Shown here: positions 43,070 through 62,657 of the stretch, one piece after another
Layout: each line of letters opens with the position of its first letter
Numbering within the stretch: position 1 is the stretch's first letter
Assembly (NCBI RefSeq): GCF_009914755.1
Contig: NC_060936.1
Origin: the human T2T-CHM13v2.0 reference genome, Homo sapiens
Strand: one strand, 5' to 3'
DNA length: 64,000 bases
Program-made: the position numbers and the translations under genes
The notes under the pieces: generated by a model
What the model was told of the DNA's origin: nothing
Seen by the model: only the letters and a program-made list of their open reading frames with translations
The model's database searches: none

Positions 43070-43147
43070 TCATCTAGACACAAGTGAGTCAGCGTCCATG
43101 GTGTTCAGAAGATAGAGTTCAGGCTGAGCTGTCAATCCCAGATGGCA
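43070..43147 (-). CDS. SLC11A2: SLC11A2 (DMT1/NRAMP2) exon 17, non-IRE isoform C-terminus
   Basis: ttttttccttag|TGC CAT CTG...: CHLGLTAQPELYLLNTMDADSLVSR*, containing the YLL endosomal sorting motif. Confidence 0.97.
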   Translation of the reverse strand, partial: CHLGLTAQPELYLLNTMDADSLVSR

Positions 43148-43688
43148 CTAAGGAAAAAAAGATGGAAGAGGGTTAGACTGATTTTCACGTATTTATTGAA
43201 ATCAGCTTTTAAGTACCTATAATTAGCACATCAATTTAGGCCTTTTTTTCTGTACTGCTATATTGATTTTTATTTCAGAAAAGAAATGGCTTACAGATAC
43301 ATACATGAATGGCTTCTGATATGCAAAATAACAGGTAGGAGCTGAAATAGTTAAGGACTGAGATGGTACCAAATGTCCTCAGCAAAATTAGCACTCTGAC
43401 TATTCTTGTGACACACTCTGCCTAAGGATGGGTGCTTCAAATCAGGATAAGAACAAACAAGCAGAATGCTTTTGTATTTTACTACTGTGTGAATTAGAAA
43501 TCAAATTCCCAATGGTTTCAATCCTGAGCTCTATTATCCTTTGGCACTGGAGCAGAGAAAAGCCTTTCATTTAAAAAACAAAAACATGAAATGGCATGTA
43601 CCAAGAGGGAGAAAGATGACCTGTGGGTCCCAAATGTTTGTCAGCCTGCATCAGAATCACCGAAGCTGCTTTTAAAACACAATTCCCA

Positions 43689-45516
<1,828 letters not shown>

Positions 45517-47353
45517 TCATGTGAGTCTTCGACACATATATTTAACACATTACAAACTGCAGTGTATAACCTCACAGGCTTGCAGTGATGACTGTGTGAA
45601 GACAGATTAGACCAAATGATGCCCAGGATAAAACTATTTCCAACTAGTGGGCTAGGAAAACACTGTATTACACTGGCTTTAGGACATGGAAACAGCTCTT
45701 CAGACATCAGCTTGCTTAATTTAGGCTTAAGTAAATAACAGCAATTAAATATATTGACAATTCATTGAAGCCTTTCCCAAGTGAGCAATGGTGGTAGACT
45801 TCTTCAATACGTAGTAAGCAAGGGTTGCAGTATTGGTCCTGTGATGCCCACAGAGTGTCACTTAGATGACTTAGTTGATAGACCACTTTCATTGGAGATG
45901 TTTGTTATATTGTTCTGAGACATTGAGAAATGAGACTAAATGGCCTGGAAATAGGCTAAAATACTTCCAGGGGCAGAGAGCTAATGCAAATGAGTGAACT
46001 TATTAACTAGTAACTCTTGGCTATTGCTGGGATAGGACCATAGAGGGCCCTGTCCATTCTCTACACTTGCCAAAAGCATTCAAACTTACTTTTAAAAATT
46101 CTGCACAGGGACCAAAATCTACCAGTTGGCAACTTCTGCCTAATGCATATTCTAGCACTAATCAGAGTATGAAACAAATGCTTCAGTGTGTTATGTTCCT
46201 TGTGCTGCTAAACAACAAAGCTTGGTGACAACCCAACATGAAGGGTATACTATATATTACACAGGATAGTTTGGGAATGAAAACATGGGTTCTGGAGTTA
46301 AGCTATGCGAGTTCAAATGCCAACTGCACATTTCATTAGTAATGTAAATGTGGGCAAGTTACTTTTGGCCTTCCAGTTGACTCATCTACATAGAGGCTGA
46401 TCCTCTTGTTGTTACAAGGATTAAATGAGATAATACAACTGTTCAGGCCAGGCCTTAGAACACAGTACTGAGTTAGCCATTTTTAAATTCATAAGCTAAG
46501 GGACTTAGAGAAGCTGACAGATTTAGATTCATTGGTCCTACCAATGAAGGAGCAGAAGGTATTCCAGAGGGCAGAGCTAAAGGAAATGTTTCAAAACAGG
46601 ATCCTCACATTGTTTTGAATCCTATTTTAGTTCTGAAATTAAATCCAAAGTAAAGAGAGAGCACTAAATGAGGAAGGACAACATGGAGAACAAAATTCTT
46701 CCTAGATGAATTCCACTGTGTTACTCACAGGGAAGCCTTGCAACAGAGAAAGGGAAAATGAAGTTCTGGTGACACTCCTGGGACAAATCAAGTGCTGACT
46801 CAAGTTTTCCTGTCATGTGCCTAGTAAAGTTCACTGTGCCTGAGCTCTGCCTTTGTTTTTAATAAATGGTGTCAATATTTCCATTTATATCAGGTCTGCC
46901 AAAATGCTCCTTGGTCTTTAAGCTAAATGAGTTTGGTTTCTCTTCAAATACTAATTTTTCATTGGCAGCACATATAGAATGTAAAAGTGAAACAGTGAAA
47001 TAAGCTACAGGTAGAAAATAGTCAGCTTAGAGAAAAGCAGAATAAAATTTTTTTCCCAAGTTTCAACATGGTAATGATGTGACCTTTAGCTATGGTAAAA
47101 CTATTTGACTAAGTGGGTAAATGGAAATTAATATCCTGGTATCTGCAATTAATCCAAGCTTTCTGAGGACTAAATCCATTTATTTCTCTATCCTTTCTAA
47201 GGAGAAAATCCTAACAGTGTGGACTTAGTGTGCCATTCCAGGTGGTAGTTGCTGTTTCAGTATTTTTGTATCAAAGTTGTTGTAACCCTATTAATAAATT
47301 ATTTCAAGGTTAAAAAAATACCCAGGAAACCAAATTGGAAAAAGAAATTTTTT

Positions 47354-47359
47354 TTTAAT
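47354..47359 (-). terminator. SLC11A2: Candidate poly(A) signal (ATTAAA) for the +IRE SLC11A2 3'UTR; AATAAA also at 47639-47644
   Basis: TTTAAT on +, i.e. ATTAAA on -, followed by U-rich sequence, about 2.3 kb from the exon 16A stop. Confidence 0.5.
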
Positions 47360-49611
47360 TAGAAACCAAGTTTACATACGGTTAAATGGTTACTAAAAGC
47401 TCAGTTGTAACCACTCCTAACACCACTAGCAGAACCTCAAGGGAGCCAAGAGCTCTTCCCTTTTCCCCTGTTAATTTCCAGTATAATGTAGCAGCACAAT
47501 TATTTCATGTCACATTTAAGAAGAACAAGAACCAATTTATATAAAGTACAATTGTATATCCTTAAACATTCCACATAAACACACTGTCAAAACTCACTGG
47601 ATATGCTGGAATTGGAGGACTTAAATTTCTACATATTATTTATTGCACCCAGAGTACTGGTTAAAATGCACTTTCTGTGAAGATCAAATGCAATAACGTA
47701 TGAGGGTATTTTTAACACTGTGAAGTACACACATAATATTATAAAATGCCATTTAATTGGAAGGAGTTTTCTATCATTGCAAGTCATAAATATAACTTTT
47801 AAAAGAATACTAGCAGCTTTTACCTAGGCTCCTAAATGCTTGTAAATCTGAGACTGACTGGACCCACCCAGACCCAGGGCAAAGATACATGTTACCATAT
47901 CATCTTTATAAAGAATTTTTTTTTTGTCGTCAGTTTGGCCTTTCCTACTGCAGCCAGGTGAGAGCTTAAGATGTCAGTCCCCAATATCTTCACAGAGTGC
48001 CTTTATGACCAGTTTGGAGAATTACGATGGTAAGGGGAAGAGGCAGATATGAAGAGGAATGGTTAGGGGAATTGTCATTCATAACTCTGTGCTATATTAC
48101 TTGAGGGGCTAAGAAAAATGTATGGTCAGTGAAACACAGTAGTGTACCCTTAAATGCCTTATAAAAGACCATCCATCCAGTCTGCGCTTTTGACTGTGTG
48201 CAAGTATCAGTAATAATGCTTTTGGGGGCTCAGATGAACAGCGAACACCAATCAGCCAGGACTCTGGAAGGAAAGCTCCAAAAATGAGAAGTCCTTCAAC
48301 ACCATTTTCCATTACTGTTCTCACCAAATCAATGACTATAAAACAGTTTTGATTATTTATCTCCATCAAAGTGATTTGATTTGAGATAATCACACAATCT
48401 CAGGCTCGGTATGTAAAAATGTCAGAAGTGGCTGAAGTAAAAGCAGCAGCTTTGTGCTGAAGACACCCATTTCCTCTGACTCCAGAGCTCCACCATCTGG
48501 TCTCAAGATTTTTCCCTCTGAGGAAACAGCTGTAGAGAGGTAGCCCAGTTCAACTTTGCTGAGACAGTGAACTTTGCAACCATACTAACACCTACTGACT
48601 TGCAGAGAACGCTGAGAAAGACAGTGTGCTTTGCAATGGTTAAGTCCACAGCTCCTGAGATTGCCTCGCAAGTCATCTTGGGCATGAAGCAGAGCGGTGC
48701 ATCAGAAAAACATGACGATTCTGCTGAGAGGTGGCTTTAGGAACAAAATAGATGGCTCTCCTCCCTTAAAGTCTTTTCTCCCCACCCTCAACATTTCACG
48801 AGAACATCAGTTCATAAATACTACCATCTGTTTCTATCACCACCCTCCTGGAGAAAGAAAGTTAAGGTTTTACAACCACATGTGCTCAAGAGTAAATATC
48901 ATCAGGAAAGCTCTGTACTAACAGGCAGGTTATTAAGACTCCCAAGAAATCCTCATAAGCTTTTCAATCTGAGGAAAATCCTGAGAAGGTAATTAGTAAG
49001 CACCACCTAGCGATGTGGTGCTGGTTTTGTTAGTTGTCAGTTTTTCCCCTTCTTTGTTTTCTCACCCCTCTTAACTTCCACTGAGAAATTAAAGTGGAAA
49101 TAAGTTCAAAGAATCCTAAGCCTGATAGAGCTAGGTGTCTCTTCATTTTATATTTCATATGGATGAAGCTATTCTAGTTGATAATTTGGTATAATTAAAA
49201 TAACTGAAAAGGTAGGTATAAGGAAAATTTCTCAGCCTTTAAAAATCCATTACATTTTGATAAATAAAACTTGCATATTCATTCTGTAGTTTGTATAATA
49301 AAAAATGTATTGCATTTTCCAATTTTTTTTTAACATATAGCCTGGTTAAGAATCATGCATATCCTTGTCTCTCCGAAGGATAAACTGAGCTGGCCCTTGG
49401 GCAACTACTTAAGAATTTAGTGTTGGAATGATAGCAGCAAATGTCAGCTTTTCAAAGATCCCACCCTAATCCAGTTCTAAGGTTAGGTCAGGAAGGAAAA
49501 AATAATTCCATCTTTCAAATACACATGAAACAAAGTCTTTTCCAACCAACGGTTGAGTCATAAACACAGTCTGTGCAACGGCACATACTTTTGGCTATGT
49601 TCACACAGTAA

Positions 49612-49639
49612 ACCATAGAAACACACTGGCTCTGATGGC
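49612..49639 (-). promoter_or_regulatory. SLC11A2: Iron-responsive element (IRE) in the SLC11A2 3'UTR
   Basis: GCCAU-C-AGAGC-CAGUGU-GUUUCU-AUGGU: CAGUGN loop (49623-49628), bulged C five nt 5' of the loop, 28 nt after the stop codon. Confidence 0.97.
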
Positions 49640-49667
49640 TACCTGCAGAAGACAGACTAATCCAGTG

Positions 49668-49796
<129 letters not shown>

Positions 49797-50112
49797 TCAT
49801 CACTCACCAGGCTCTTTGAAGAGCCATGACTGCTCACACAGCACTTCTCAAATGCAAACCTGCTCCCTTCCTTGAACATCCAGCTGTGCCCATCTTCTAC
49901 CACCAAGGGTTGCACAAGTCATTCTCTCAACCCCACTCCCCCTTCAAAAAATCAGCTGCCTTCCTCAACAAAGTTTGTCCATACTATTTTAAATATTGAA
50001 TTTCTCTGTTCTTACTGCTTTGTGTCTGTGGTTTTCCTTTTTTTTAAAATCTTTATTATTATTTTACATTTTAGAGACAAGGTCTCCCTCTATTGCTCAG
50101 GCTGGAGTATAG

Positions 50113-50274
<162 letters not shown>

Positions 50275-52135
50275 TGAAACTCCTAACCTCAAGCAATCCT
50301 CCTGGCTCGGCCTCCCAAAGCACTGAAATTACAAGCGTGAGCCACCTCGTCCAGCCTGTTGTTTGTTTCTTTTACCCAACTGTAAGTTCTCGGAAGTCCA
50401 CTTTTCCTCAGTCCTCCCCATGATAAGAATGACTAACAGACTAATACAATTGGTGTAGTCTCCTAAGCTGCTCTATGAAGTTCCTGTTTTGAAGTTAAAC
50501 AACAGTAACCCACTCTAGAATCAGCCCTCTCCTCTCAAAATGGGTCTTCAAGCCAGACACGGTGGCTCATGCCTGTAATCCCAACACTTCAGGAGGCTGA
50601 GGCAGGTGGATCACCTGAGGTCAAGAGTTTGAGACCAGCCTGGCCAACATGGCAAAACCCCATCTCTACTAAAAATACAAAAATTAGCCAGGCATGGTTA
50701 GCACATGGCTGTAGTCCCAACTACTCAGGAGGCTAAGGCAGGCGAATCACTTGAACCCAGGAGGCAGAAGTTGCAGTGAGCTAAGATCATGCCACTATAC
50801 CCTAGCTTGGGCGATAGAGAAAAACTCTGTCTCAAAAATAATAATAATAATGGGTCTTCAACAAGCTCATTAGCCTTAGGCTGACTGAGGACAAACTGGC
50901 ATCTTCATATCCAATTTGCATTCTGAAAGGATCCCCCTAACTTCTATAGTGAATTTTTAAAAACAATTCCTGTCAAGGACACATTCAGTTACTTGGTTTT
51001 CCTTGAAGTTAAGTTCCTAGATCATAGGGTCAGTACAGTCTTTGTGTGCACAAAGTTTATTGGGAAGAAAAAAAGAAGAGATCTAGGAAATAATTTTTCA
51101 ACATTTACTGAAGTGATTTTCTTAATAAAGTATCTAATGTGTGGCACACTGGTGTGGGGAAGTGTTCTAGAGATTAACAGCAGGTTTCCAGCCTCCATCT
51201 GTAGCCATTCTCTGCAGCAAAAATGGTATAAATTCTACTATTCCTTATCCCTAACCCCTGTGTCTTTTCAAAGAAACCTGTATAGAACAGGGAAATGGAT
51301 CTGTTGTTATTTTGGCTGTTTTTCATTAATATAAGCAATGCTAAAGAAGATTTGGAAAATAGAGAAGAATATATCTATAATCCTAGCTTCCTACAACAAC
51401 TATATTGCCATTTTTATATAATTCTAGACTTCTTAAAAAATTTTTTATAATTGAAATATAAATTTTACATACCTTTTTCATGTAGCTATAGTTTTATAAC
51501 CATGATTTTTAAAAAATGACTCTAGAATGAGAGTCAAGGGGAGACTATCACTATTTACTTATTTCCTTGGACAGCTAGTAAGTGATGGAGCTGAGTGGGG
51601 CTGTGTGCCACATGTGTCCCACCCCGAATCTCTAAATCACACTGCATGCCCTATTCTCCACCTCTGTTTTGTACCGTTCTCCACTCTCTGTACTGCTACC
51701 CTTCTTTTAGTTCCTCAAACATACTATACTCTCTTGTTAGGAATTACTAAGAATGGAAACTACAGAAGTGACAGAAATTGAAAAATGACAAATCTTAGTA
51801 ACCAAAGTGAATTTTATGGTTAGAAATATTATTTTGTAAACAGCTGATTTGACAATTCCATATACATTGTCTCGATCACCTGGAGGTAGATTGTTATGTG
51901 CTCTTTTGGGTCTGTTCATTTCTCTTTTTTTGTAGAGATGGAGTCTTACTATGTTGCCCAGATTGGTCTCTAACTCCTGGATTCAAGCAATCCTCCCGCC
52001 TCAGCCTCCCAAAGTACTGGGATTATAGGCATGAGCCACTGTGCCCAGCCTGGGTCTGTTCATTTCTGAATGTCAGTGAACCCCACCTCAACCATCCCTG
52101 ATACCTATGCCCCTGCTCTTCCAGGCTAGACTTAC

Positions 52136-52289
52136 CAAGTAGAACACAAAGCCCAGATAAGCCACGCTGACCACAGCAGCCACCACATATAATGCCACAT
52201 GCCCTAGGTCCCGGACATAAACCACTACAAAGTACATATTGATGGAACAGATGATAAGGACCAAGATTCCTCCTGCAATCCGCCAGCCT
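52136..52289 (-). CDS. SLC11A2: SLC11A2 exon 15
   Basis: (L)[51 protein letters not shown]; AG/GT boundaries; 154 nt. Confidence 0.97.
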
Positions 52290-52938
52290 CTGTAAAAGAA
52301 ATCAGCACAGTCACTGATGGAATAATCCAACTTGGCCACAGACAGAAAAGGAAACAGGATGGGAATTAGAGGCAGTTCAAAATGAATGGAAAAATTGTTC
52401 TTAATTTGAAAAAAAATGATTCTTCATAAGTCTAAGTTAAATCACCCAAAGTTAGATACTGGTAGACAGGGAGAAAGAGGGGGGAAAAGACACCAACAAA
52501 TAATCCCTAATATTTAAGTCCCTAGAGATGCAACAAGGCCTAGAAACGCAATGAGCCATTTTATTAACGTTCCCAAAAATGCAACAAGTCACTTCAGATA
52601 CCTCATATCCTTTAAAGATATATATAAAAGGTACTAACTTATGCCTTTTTTGTTAAGATCATTTAACAAAGAATTAAGGTGCCTCAAACTTCAGTGGCTG
52701 AAGCTGAAGAGTTATGCTGTAAAAGCTGAACTTTCTCTCCCCTTCATATGAAAGACGTGCTTTCTCTTCCTTTACTATATTCACAGTTTCCATTCTCTAA
52801 GCCAAAGAGGAAGCAGCTAGCAATCACCTCTCAAAGCATATCGCTTCCCTCTGTGTCTCACGTCTGACTGGCCTACTGCATGAAGATACCCTTTCCCCAT
52901 ATCAGCATCCCCTTTGGGAACGAAGAGGAGTACACTCA

Positions 52939-53040
<102 letters not shown>

Positions 53041-53458
53041 TTACTATGGGTCCTTGTATCACCCTAGAGAACAGCACAATTAATGAAAGGGAAACATAAA
53101 TGCTGCCTCAACTACTCCATGAGAAATAATTATTCCTATCATCCCAACATGCTTGGGCATTATGCTGAATTCTGCAGAGCTGTCATTAACCTAGCATACA
53201 AACCTTTGTATGTGACTTGTCTTCTTAACCTCCACAGGACCTAGCACAGTGTCCTATATGTTCATTTAATGTTTGCTTGCATTAATGAACTACAATTTTG
53301 TGTCCCATATGTAAGTAAAGTTCATAGTTCCCATTCAACAGGTTTAAAAAACCAACCATTTCTAAAATCCTTTTAGATGCCAAGGATTTCATATACATTT
53401 ACTGCAGACCACAACCATGCCTCTGTCTTCCTCTCAATATCCCCCCAGCACTCAGCTA

Positions 53459-54119
<661 letters not shown>

Positions 54120-54132
54120 TTATCTCCCTCTA

Positions 54133-54315
<183 letters not shown>

Positions 54316-55005
54316 TCAGACAATATCCAAAACAGCAGTTCCCTGTGGCATTTCTCCCTTCTTTGCTATGCACCACCAACACCAAGTGCTGTGCTGGGCA
54401 CTGTGCCAGAAGCTAGGCTCAAGTCCGGACCTCATTCCAGAAGCTTTCAGTCTAAACTTTACTGGATGCTCCTTCGTTTCTCTGCCTAGTCCTTTCTCTT
54501 CTCCAAGCTCCTAAACCTCCATCTTAAATATTAAAAAAAAAAAAAAAAAAGAGGTCTACACCACTTTCCCCAAATTATATTCCTTTACACACTATTCTGG
54601 AAAATGGCAATAGAAGTACAGGGAAATATCAAATAAATTGGTGAAATGCTACACACTATATATTCTACTGTTGGAGGATCACAATGTAACCAGCATAAAA
54701 GAACTGAGAGACTCCAGTAAAAACACTTTACTAAGAACACTTTCTTGGGGCTGGGTAGGGTGGCTCACGCTTGTAATCCCAGCACTTTGGGAGGCCAGGG
54801 TTGGAGAATCCCTTGAGCCCAGGAGTTTGAGACAAGCCTAGGCAACATGGCAAATACCCTGACTCTACAAAAAAAATACAAGGCCAGGCATGGTGGCTCA
54901 CACCTGTAATCCCAGCACTTTGGGAGGCCGAGGGGGGGGTGGATCACCTGAGGTCAGGAGTTCGAGACCAGCCTGACCAACATGGAGAGACCCCCATCTC
55001 TACTA

Positions 55006-55164
<159 letters not shown>

Positions 55165-55395
55165 TCAAAAAGAAAAAAAAAATAGCCAAGCATGGTGGTG
55201 CTTGCCTGCAGTCCCATTACCCAAAAGACTGAGATGGGAAAATCACTTGGACCAGGTAGGTGGAGGCTGCAGTGAGCCATGATCGAGCCACTGTACCCCA
55301 GCCTGGGCAACAGAGCAAGACCTTGTCTCCAAAAAAAAAAAAAAAAAAAAAAAGCTGGGGTGTATACTGCATCTTTTTTTTCCTTTTTTTTTTAA

Positions 55396-55500
<105 letters not shown>

Positions 55501-55879
55501 TGAGTAGCTGAGATTACAGGTGCCCACCACCACATCCAGCTAATTTTTGTATTTTTGTTTTTAGTAGAGACAGGGTTTCACCATGTTGGTCACGCTGGTC
55601 TTGAACTCCTGAGCTCAAGTGATCCACCCGCCTCAGCCTCCCAAAGTGCTGGGATTACAGGCGTGAACCACCGCACCCGGCCTGTATTATATATCTTTTC
55701 AACTGATCCTCTATTCCTTCCCATTTAATCCAAAATGCTTGTCTGGTGTCTGGAACTCTGAAATAAATGACACTCCAGAGGAGATATGCTCATATCTGAA
55801 GTGAAGTCACAAAAAAGACCACATACTATGCTAAAAATACTGATTCAGGAACAAAGATCACAAATCCAAACATGCTTAC

Positions 55880-55966
55880 CCCTTTGTAGATGTCCACAGC
55901 CAGTGTCGAGTTATCTTTAGGAAAGAGGCCAGCATGAGGACTGCTGGTATTTGTACAGACTTCAAC
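55880..55966 (-). CDS. SLC11A2: SLC11A2 exon 11
   Basis: [29 protein letters not shown] (glycosylated loop, sequons NTS and NST); 87 nt. Confidence 0.97.
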
Positions 55967-56490
55967 CTAGAACCCAAAGCAATTCAACAGCAACTTTTGT
56001 TTCAGAAGCAAGGACCAAATAAGAGCTCTCCTACATATCATACACAATCATCTATAAGAGGTAGGCTGGAGGGAAAACACTGGACATATGCTGTGATGTG
56101 GGCAGAGACTAGCAGCAATGTTATCTAGGATCTTCCTCTATAATCCTTCTACACCACAGGTCATCAAAAATCTTTACTGAGTTACAGTGTGCATGGTAAT
56201 AATGTACAAACGCTGGGGTACTTTAAATGATGACAAGAGGAGAGGCTCTGAAGAAGGCTTCAGACATGAGAGAACACCCAGAATAGAATCCTCAGTCAAA
56301 GCAGACAGAGGAGTCAGAGGTTCCATAGACGGGAAACAAATGGTGATCAAAACTACACAGGCAGGCCAGGCACAGGAGCTCACGCCTGTAATCCCTGTAC
56401 TTTGAGAGGCCGAGGCAGGTGGATCACTTGAGGTCAGGAGTTTGAGACCAGCCTGGCCAACATGGTGAAACCCCATCTCTACTAAAATTA

Positions 56491-56787
<297 letters not shown>

Positions 56788-56918
56788 TCAGCCCCATACT
56801 GTAGACTCTGACTGGTGCACAGTGATTTTGGGGGGCAGACGAGAAGCTAGAGATTATTTCTCCTGAACATTAACACTAGGATGAGGTATTTTCCTTCCCC
56901 ATCCCATTGCAGTCTTCA

Positions 56919-57122
<204 letters not shown>

Positions 57123-58121
57123 CTAGAAAGATAACAACAGCAGTCACTTTTTGACCAGTTAGAACAAGTTTCCTTGTGACATTTCAGGAGTTTGGAGTCA
57201 GCTGAGAGATTTAGGGGACAAAAGTTGACCAGACGAAAAGTGAGAGATCCAACACTCACCTACATCCTAGTTCACTGAGCAATTAAGAACTTCATATGGG
57301 GGGAGAAAAAAGAACTTCATGCCCTTTCGTTGAACTGTACATTCCCCAAATAGGGAACAGAGACTAAATGACTACTGAGCTCTCAGTTACTCTCAGTGGC
57401 TGGAAGGACCACTGACCTATAAAAACGACCTGATTTCAGTCCTAAGGTGTGCATATACCTATTTATAAAGGTTTCTAAAATCTCCCAGCAAACTATTACA
57501 TAATACTGACAGTAAAAGCCTGTTTGGGCTCCTTTACTCCTGACCTCCATAAGGCCACTCGAGCTTTTGAAATTTAAACACAAGAGACTTGATGCACTTC
57601 CAACCTTTTATGAAGAACTTTAGTCCCAGCTGGGTGCAGTAGCTAACGCCTGTAATCCCAGCACTTTGGGAGGCCAAGGCGGGTGGATTGCTTGAGCTCA
57701 GGAGTTCGAGACCAGCCTGGCCAACATGGTGAAACCACATCTCTACTAAAAATAGAAAAATTAGCCAGGCATGGTGGTGCACGCCTATAATCCCAGGTAC
57801 TCAGGAGGCTGAGGCACGAGAATCACTTGAACCCGGGAGGGAGAGGTTTGCAGTGAGTAGAGATCACGCCACTGCACTCCAGCCTGGGCAATAGAGTGAG
57901 ACTCCATCTCAATTTAAAAAAAAAAAAAAAAAGAACTTTAGCCCCACCTGCTTTATGCAGTTAGTAATCTCTGGTCAATTTGGTGATAAAAACAGCATCT
58001 AAGTATATGGAGTTTATAAATGTCCAGGCTTGGAAAATACCTTGCTCCTTCATGGTCCTAATAATTGTAAACTAACTTTGTGTCCCTTGCAATTGAAGGA
58101 AAAGATCCCATGAACTGTCTA

Positions 58122-58307
<186 letters not shown>

Positions 58308-58361
58308 CTACATACCAACATAACAATGATTAGCCTTTACAGGAACGTGAAACGGGAGTAA

Positions 58362-58595
<234 letters not shown>

Positions 58596-59014
58596 TAAGA
58601 TAATGAGGAATACAGAATCATCATAGGACCAAGCAACATAAGGGGCTTACTATTAGGGGCCAGAGAATTCAAGACTGAGTATCCGGATAGTTTACAACAC
58701 ATCTTAGATATATGAAACAGATGTGTATGATACATAATTAATTTCTAAAGAAAGGGCTGGGTGCGGTGGCTCACGCCTATAATCCCAGCACTTTAGGAGA
58801 CCAAGGCAGGCGCATTGCTTGAGCCCAGGAGTTCAAGAGCAGCCTGACAACACAACAAAACCTTATCTCTACAAAAATTACCTCGGTGTGGTGGTGCATA
58901 CCTATAGTACTAGCTACTAGGGAGGCTGAGGTGGAAGGATCACTTGAGCCCAGGAGGTGAGCTGAGATCGTGCCACTGAACTCCAGCATAGGCAATAGTG
59001 TGAGACTCTGTCTC

Positions 59015-59046
<32 letters not shown>

Positions 59047-60480
59047 CAGGCATGGTGGCTCACGCCTGTAATCCTAGCACTTTAGCAGGTCAAGGCGGGT
59101 GGATCACCTGAGGTCAGGAGTTCAAGACCAGCCTGGCAAACATAGTGAAACCCCGTCTCTACGAAAAATACAAAAATTAACCAGGCACGGTGGCGGGCAC
59201 CCGTAATCCCAGCTACGTGGGAGGCTGAGGCAGGAGAATCGCTTGAACCTGGGGGTGGAAGTTGCAGTGAGCAGAGATCGCACCACTGCACTCCAGCCTG
59301 GGCGAAAGAGGGAGACTCCATCTCAAAAAAAAAAAAGAAAAGAAAAAAGAAAAAGCTGCTAAGGGACTTGTGGTTATTAGTAATTCCACAAGGCTCAAAA
59401 ATATACAACCAGGGCCAGGCACAGTGGCTCACAGCTGAAATCCTAGCACTTTGGGAGGCCAAGATGGGCAGATTACTTGAGGTCAGCAGTTCAAGACCAG
59501 CCTGGCCAACATAGAGAAACCCCATCTCTACTAAAAATACAAAAAGTTAGCCAGGCATGGTGGTACACGCCAATAATCCCAGCTACTTGGGAGGCTGAGG
59601 CACAAGAACCACTTGAACCTGGGAGGCGGAGGCTGCAAGTGAGCCAAGATCACACCCACTGCACTCTAGCCTACATGACAGAGCAACGCTCTGGCTCAAA
59701 AATAAATAAATAAATAAAAATCTAAAAATTAAAAAAGAATATAGAATCAATTTTTATTATCCATACTGAGCATACTTCTGTTCACCCATGTTCATTTAAA
59801 AATCACTTGCTGTTTGCCACTAGTACGTGTGTAATGAGAGACTCATCCTTAAACACTCTCATATATACTCTTCCCCGGTTCAGTATTTCTCTTGGAAGCC
59901 TTAGGCCAAGAGGCATAATCAACCCATAGATTACATATATTTTTTAAAGTTCAGCCAGACCAGTAAGCAGAAATCAGTTTATAAGAATTGTACAAAGAAA
60001 GGTGCTAGTACTGCAAATAATATTAGTGACTCTAAGGAGTTTCTGGGTTGGGGCACAAACCAGGAAATATCCAGTATATTTCATATAATTCATTAACTGT
60101 TTTAATATTGGGAAAGTTCAAGCTGCAATTAATATAAACCAGGATGAACAAAAGCAGAACTCCTCTAAGTTAACACCCAAGAATAACCCTGCAACCCCCT
60201 CCTTAATTAACACTATCCATGGCTGTTCTGTTGTCAGATGGTCAACTTGGGACCAAAGAATCTAGTCTGGAAAGCCCTAAAATATCTAGTCATTTTAAAC
60301 CTGGGAGCCCCTGCAGGCCTTTCTGCATGCTAATCTTTGCTATAGATCATATTCCTTTAAAATTGGCCCAGGGAAAAATTGGCTTTTTGTTGATACACCC
60401 ACTATAAGTGAATCATACTAGCATTATTACTGTCTTTTATAATAAAAGGCTAAAAAAAAAAACCACAAAAACTTATTTTA

Positions 60481-60777
<297 letters not shown>

Positions 60778-61031
60778 TCAGAGAGACGGAAAGAAAGGAA
60801 ACATTGAAAAACACTCTCTTCCCAACAGCTCTCCAGATAAAGAACACTTGGAGAAGCTAGGACTTGAGGGAGGAGGGACAATGGCAGAAAACTAGGCCTT
60901 GGGTAAAGTAGGGTAACAGCATCAACTTAATTACATTCATTTAAACTTTGAGAGTCTACTATGTCACTCTTAGGATACAAAGCTGAAAAGTTTGGGTCTT
61001 ACCCTCATGGAGTTAGACAGATAGAATTTTA

Positions 61032-61382
<351 letters not shown>

Positions 61383-61647
61383 CTAGCGGGATAAAATGAC
61401 ATACAAATCAATAATTGCGATACAAAACGCCACACATTCTAATAAAGGTAAGCATAACCCACCATGGGAAACGGAAGATGTAGAGTCTACATCTACCAGG
61501 GGAGAAGAAATTGTTTCCAGAAAGGTTCCACAGAAGAAATAACAATTGAGTTGAGTCTTCAAAATTAAAAATGAATTGGGTTTTTGTTTTTATCTCTGCT
61601 TGGAAATCCAGCAAAACACTGATGACTTTCTAGAGGAAAACCCCTCA

Positions 61648-61755
<108 letters not shown>

Positions 61756-62305
61756 CTAAACATCAAACAGTAGAAAGACACGGTTCTGATTAATCATTTC
61801 TAAAAAATTCCTCCACAATTTGGAATTCACATTTTGGCACTAAACCATAAACAGTCCTTTATAAGCCTCCAGACTAGAGAAGAAATACCAGAACGTGCCT
61901 CCACTTGGCCGATCACTGCACTGTGGCTCTCACCTGGAGAAGGAAAAGTGTGCTACCACGTGGCAGAACCTGTGAACGAAGGTCAAGGCAGTAATTGATC
62001 TTACTTTTTTCTTTTTCCTTTCTACTTGAGAAGAATATAATTGCCATTTACTAACTTCCACTTAATTTCCTAAAAACAATCCTAAAAAGTTTAGAGGAGA
62101 ATAAGGATGCTAATACGGTCCAAATATGGGTCAAGAAAGAATATTAAATGATTGCAGAAGAACATATCTATCCTGACCATAGCTGGGAAGACAAAACAAA
62201 CATGAAAAGGTTGGGGTCAGGCTGGGCGCGGTGGCTCACACCTGTAATCCCAGCACTTTGGGAGGCTGAGGCAGGTGGATCACCTGAGGACAGGGTTCAA
62301 GATCA

Positions 62306-62556
<251 letters not shown>

Positions 62557-62657
62557 TCAGCACTTTGGGATGCCAACGTAGATCCCTTAAGCCCAGGAGT
62601 TTGAGACCAGCCTGGGCAACATGGCAAAACCCCATCTCTACAAAAAGTATAAAAATT

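Noticed and set aside
46090-46157. Possible cryptic 68-nt SLC11A2 exon (…gattag|TGCTAG…AAAA|GTAAGT) between exons 16 and 17
   Set aside because: Weak polypyrimidine tract and an immediate stop; cannot be supported without RNA data
48109-48393. 94-aa ORF on the - strand
   Set aside because: Lies within the SLC11A2 +IRE 3'UTR with no homology or splice support
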